DNA from: Saccostrea cucullata
Taxonomy: Eukaryota
Reading direction: 5' to 3'
DNA length: 64,000 nt
NCBI RefSeq assembly: GCF_032062105.1
Contig: NW_026933724.1
Coordinates: 372,001-436,000, forward strand
Shown here: positions 60,826 to 64,000 of the stretch, piece after piece
How the letters are laid out: the number at the start of each line of letters is the position of its first letter
Numbering within the stretch: position 1 is the stretch's first letter
Program-made: the position numbers and the translations under genes
The notes under the pieces: model-generated
Seen by the model: the letters and a program-made list of their open reading frames with translations, nothing else
Databases searched by the model: none
Told to the model about the DNA's origin: nothing

Positions 60826-61450
60826 TAATTGATCAAATACAGTACTGCATTTTGAAATTTTGGATCAGCAACTCCAAAATCTTATGTTAGTCTGGAATTA
60901 GTTTGTGATTTTTGCGAGAAAGCTACAAAAGTAAAAAAAAAAAACTTTAACAGTATCCTGCTATGACCTTGACCTTATGAGTGAGAGCCTGGGTTTAGAC
61001 CCTTTTTCTTCTTCTGTTGAACAGCAAAACTCCAGAATGCTGAAGATTACCCCCACTTTTGGCAAATGGTGTAATGATGAAAGGACTCTTTTTGGAGTTG
61101 AACTTGAACCATTACCTATGGAAACTCTTTGGGTCATGAAAAACCAGTTGGAGCTAACAGTTTAGAAAGCATGCCCGTGATTAAACATCTGATATGATCT
61201 TGACCTCCAACTTATTTTACATAAAACTTAATTTAGGGTCATCCGATTGCACACTTTTTAGTTTTTACCAATCTAGACATAAAAAATCAAAGTTAAAACA
61301 AAAGCCTATTCTTGTAATGTCTGACTTAGTAATATAATCAAATATTTATCATCCTGTAGTCACTTTGGAGTAAAACTTCATACCCGTTGTGGTCTTCATC
61401 ATGTTGATGTTTTCTCTCATTTTATCCCCATCATAGGATGCGTTATCCAT
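54778..61450 (-). CDS. CCDC73: CCDC73-like coiled-coil protein, 5' part (exons 61450-61384, 59359-59211, 57343-57272, 56791-56684, 55285-55211, 54952-54778)
   Basis: Exons splice in frame: ..LVEILEELKLRR|MNDKDNEERIK..|ESESQKL..|KQHKVFKDCTDKEISLLKDEIRKLE|VVKYKLEKDVTEQERKLHLHLQ.. This parallels vertebrate CCDC73 as I recall it ([49 protein letters not shown]). No stop codon is reached. Confidence 0.75.
55416..56479 (-). mobile_element. Internally deleted hAT transposon with transposase remnants
   Basis: TIR tagggatgtcaa / ttgacatcccta with 8-bp TSD cttataag. Minus-strand peptides ITRAIVDMFVFDYMPIQLVEGKGFKK, YKIPSRNTI and LTTDTWSSNATKSYITIT. Confidence 0.88.
56831..57195. mobile_element. PIF/Harbinger-like MITE
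   Basis: TAA-ggcca..tttgtttggaattgcc / ggcaattctaaacaaac..tggcc-TAA. Confidence 0.6.
57496..58742. mobile_element. TA MITE interrupted by a 3'-truncated HINE satellite element (57545-58585)
   Basis: Ends match the intact copy at 34809-35033. The interior is aacaagaagcccatgggccacatcg plus ~6 satellite units. Confidence 0.8.
58884..59080. mobile_element. TA-flanked MITE
   Basis: ctgtggtttcgtcaa / ttgatgaaaccacag with TA TSD. Confidence 0.72.
59415..60825 (+). mobile_element. Full-length HINE/Helentron-type element with ~6 satellite units
   Basis: acaagaggcccatgggccacatcgctcacctgag start, ~166-bp units, (GACA/GACG)n and terminal hairpin. Confidence 0.85.
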
Positions 61451-61853
61451 AGTAAGACTTGAAGAAAAAGGTGTGATTAACTCTTCTCATCTGAAATCAA
61501 AATCTTTATACAATACATCTCAACAATGAAGTATCGCCTGGTGTGAATTTGACATTTCCCGCGTATATATTTAAATGATATCGTACTTAGAATAATTCGA
61601 ACAGAGAAGAAATTATGTGCGAGTTAACAAAGATCTGTCAAATAAATTAATTTCCGGTTTTGTTCTGGATATTGCACAACAAGGTAGTAACACGTAAATT
61701 ACAATTTTAGATAATGACATCTAAATTTATTTCTGTTGTGAAATTGCTTATATATACTGTAAGCTAAAAAGGATAATATTATTCAAGTATTTCAAGTAAA
61801 ATATTGAGAAAGATTCATTAATATTCGGTTCATTATTTAGCATAAGTTATCAA
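61451..61853. promoter_or_regulatory. Putative bidirectional promoter/5'UTRs of CCDC73-like and RIOK3
   Basis: Divergent start codons ~400 bp apart, locally CpG-containing sequence, TTCCGG ETS-like core near 61651, candidate RIOK3 5'UTR intron 61684-61840. Confidence 0.55.
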
Positions 61854-63841
61854 ATGGAAAGTTGTGAATTTCAAAGACCACACATTCAATTGTCTGTTTC
61901 TAGAGGAAATAAAATAAATACAGAATTCAGAACAAGTATGTCTACGCCGTGGGGTAAAATACAGGCAGCACCTGTTATGCCATGTTCTCTACAAGATGTA
62001 ATGAGTGAACAGCTGGCTCTTGATCTTCAGAAAAAGGAGGAAGAAAACAGGTGAGAATATCATGATTACATCAATACATGTGCACTGGTTACAGTGGAAA
62101 TCAAAGCAGAAGGTTTTAATGGCTACAATTACTTGTATGAGTATTAGACTAGAGTAAGTTTGAGAATGTTCTATTGTTAAAATGGTAATTAAATGCAATC
62201 TGAACTCAATTTAACGATAAAATGCATTCTGTGTATTGACAATATAGCAAAGCAAACTAAAAGAAACACACACACAAAAAAATCAAAGAATATTTTTAAA
62301 ATCACAGAAGAAAAGGAATGTTTTTAAATTGATTCAGAAAAATAACACAAACATTGTTGATTTCCTTTGAAAACTATAGAGTCAGGTACATGCATAAACA
62401 CTGTTTATTTATCATTAAAACAAGGGTACCATCTTTTACAGTGTAAAGGTTGAAGAGACAAGGACCTTCCAGGAGATACTAGCAGCAGCCAGCGAGGACC
62501 CGGAAACAACAGACGACTTTCTGCTGGCTCAGATGTTACAACAGGAATACGACAGAGAGCATGATCAGGCACTCAAAATAGAGGAAAAAAAGTTCAACGG
62601 AAATAACAAAGGTTTGTGTTTTGAGTATTTTTTTAGAGTACACTACAGTATGTGTCAGAATTTATGATTTATAAAGAGCTAGATGACATGGTATGTGTTT
62701 TTTTTTAATTGTCATGTGTGGAAAGTGCATCTGATCTTAATCTTATGTATCAATATTTGTGGTTGTGATAAAGTTTTCCTAATTTTATTGTCAGTGATAT
62801 TTGTGGTTGTGATGAAGTATTCCTATTTCAGTGTCGATTTCCTTTGAGAACTACAGAGTGGTACATCCAGCGTACAGAGATGAAGAGGATGAGGAGGAAA
62901 TAGACCCAGATGAAATCGAGTACAGGAAAACTCAATGGGGTATTTGATTTGTCTACTTTTAAAAAATCAACCTTTAGGCATAGGTTAATTACCTCTTTTT
63001 AATTACTAATTAATTAATAAGGAAATTATCACTTGAAGCATGGGATATTTTAAATTTCCTAACTGAAGTACTTTTATAAACATATGTCAGATGTTCATGT
63101 CTTTGCAATCCTGACAAGCAAAGTAGTACTGTATACAGGGAAATTTTCGCCCCCGTTTTATTTTCGCCCCTTTTGCTCTCTTCTGATTGGGCGAATTTAA
63201 AACGGTGCGAATTCAAATAACACTGCATTATTTCTTAAACAAAACTATGAGTGGGCAAATTTAAAATGGGACAGAATTGTTCGCAAGTGCAAAAGGGCGA
63301 AAATAACACGGGGCGAAAATAATCCTGTATACAGTAGTCATTATCAGATAATACATGTAGTAGGAAGCATTCTTCTTTTATTAAAATTTAAAATATCTTT
63401 TTCAGATAGCCCAAGTCCCAAGTTCAACAAATCTGGAGTAATTGGCAAAGGCAAGAATATAACTACCAAACATGATGCTGAGATCTGTGGGAGAAGAAAT
63501 GCATCTAGGTTAATGGATGTAAGTAGGTCAAAGGTCAAAGTTTGTGAGTCAAGTTAAAAAGGTACCCATCACATTTATATGAGAGAAGACCTCCTTCCCC
63601 CAAACAAACAAACAAAGCAAAATCCCACACCTTTTATTGTAAATATATGCATACTTGGTGAAGTAAAAATCAATTAATCTGTCATCTGCTTTCTTAGCTT
63701 CCACCAGAGTTTCAGTCTGGTGATGGAGAAGGGATAGACATGAAGCTCCCCAATAAAGTATACAACAAACTAAAGCTACACTCACTGGCTGAAAACAAGA
63801 GAAGTCAGAGACTGCATGAGAAAAAGGAGTTTTCTACCTCT
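61854..63841 (+). CDS. RIOK3: Serine/threonine-protein kinase RIO3, N-terminal exons (61854-62050, 62442-62611, 62832-62939, 63406-63518, 63698-63841); continues beyond window
   Basis: RIOK3 N-terminal motifs PWG..CSLQDVMSEQLA, DFLLAQMLQQEYDREHD, KVSISFENYR, ITTKHDAEICGRRN, PPEFQSGDGEGIDMKLPNKVYNKLK, RLHEKKE. All introns are GT-AG and in frame. The start could instead be ATG 61938. Confidence 0.93.
63129..63334. mobile_element. TA-flanked MITE in a RIOK3 intron
   Basis: ctgtatacagg..ttttcgcccc / ggggcgaaaat..cctgtatacag with TA TSD. Confidence 0.78.
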
Positions 63842-64000
63842 GTAAGTCTTAATAAACTGTAATTTTTTTTTCTGTCAAAGATTAATGTTTGATCTGTCAG
63901 TTTACTGGATGAGCCATACCTCGATTGAATTATTTTCTTTGTGTATAGCAACACTGCAAAGATAAAACAAACACTTTTATTAATGAATCAGATAAAATGA

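Overview
AT-rich, repeat-dense animal genomic DNA. It is most likely a bivalve (oyster-like), inferred from the ~166-bp satellite-bearing Helentron/HINE-type repeats. The right end holds two conserved spliced genes arranged head-to-head: RIOK3 (+, first five coding exons, 61854-63841) and a CCDC73-like gene (-, six coding exons, 61450-54778, no stop found). Between 5.5 and 49.6 kb lies a co-oriented (+) tandem array of ten highly diverged, apparently paralogous genes that I cannot assign to a known family. Six have a single coding exon: basic N-terminus, a short helical 'QL..LLxG...F..I..LL' domain, a coiled coil and a C-terminal 'S-x-[ILVM]-S-[FC]-A-N-S' motif that is usually doubled. Four carry an N-terminal CARD-like death fold split by an identically placed intron after codon 45, followed by a related helical domain and a coiled coil. 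One CARD gene ends in a RHIM-like motif, two end in a conserved N/Y-rich tail, and one is interrupted by a TTAA transposon whose precise removal restores the frame. My best candidate for an undescribed system is this cluster: a lineage-specific set of CARD/coiled-coil/amyloid-motif scaffolds, possibly nested antisense in a CCDC73 intron. The function is inference. The window also has nested DNA transposons, a hAT relic, a LINE fragment, a tandem array of TRIM-like units with tRNA-derived LTRs, and a minisatellite apparently born from a CCDC73 exon-intron junction.
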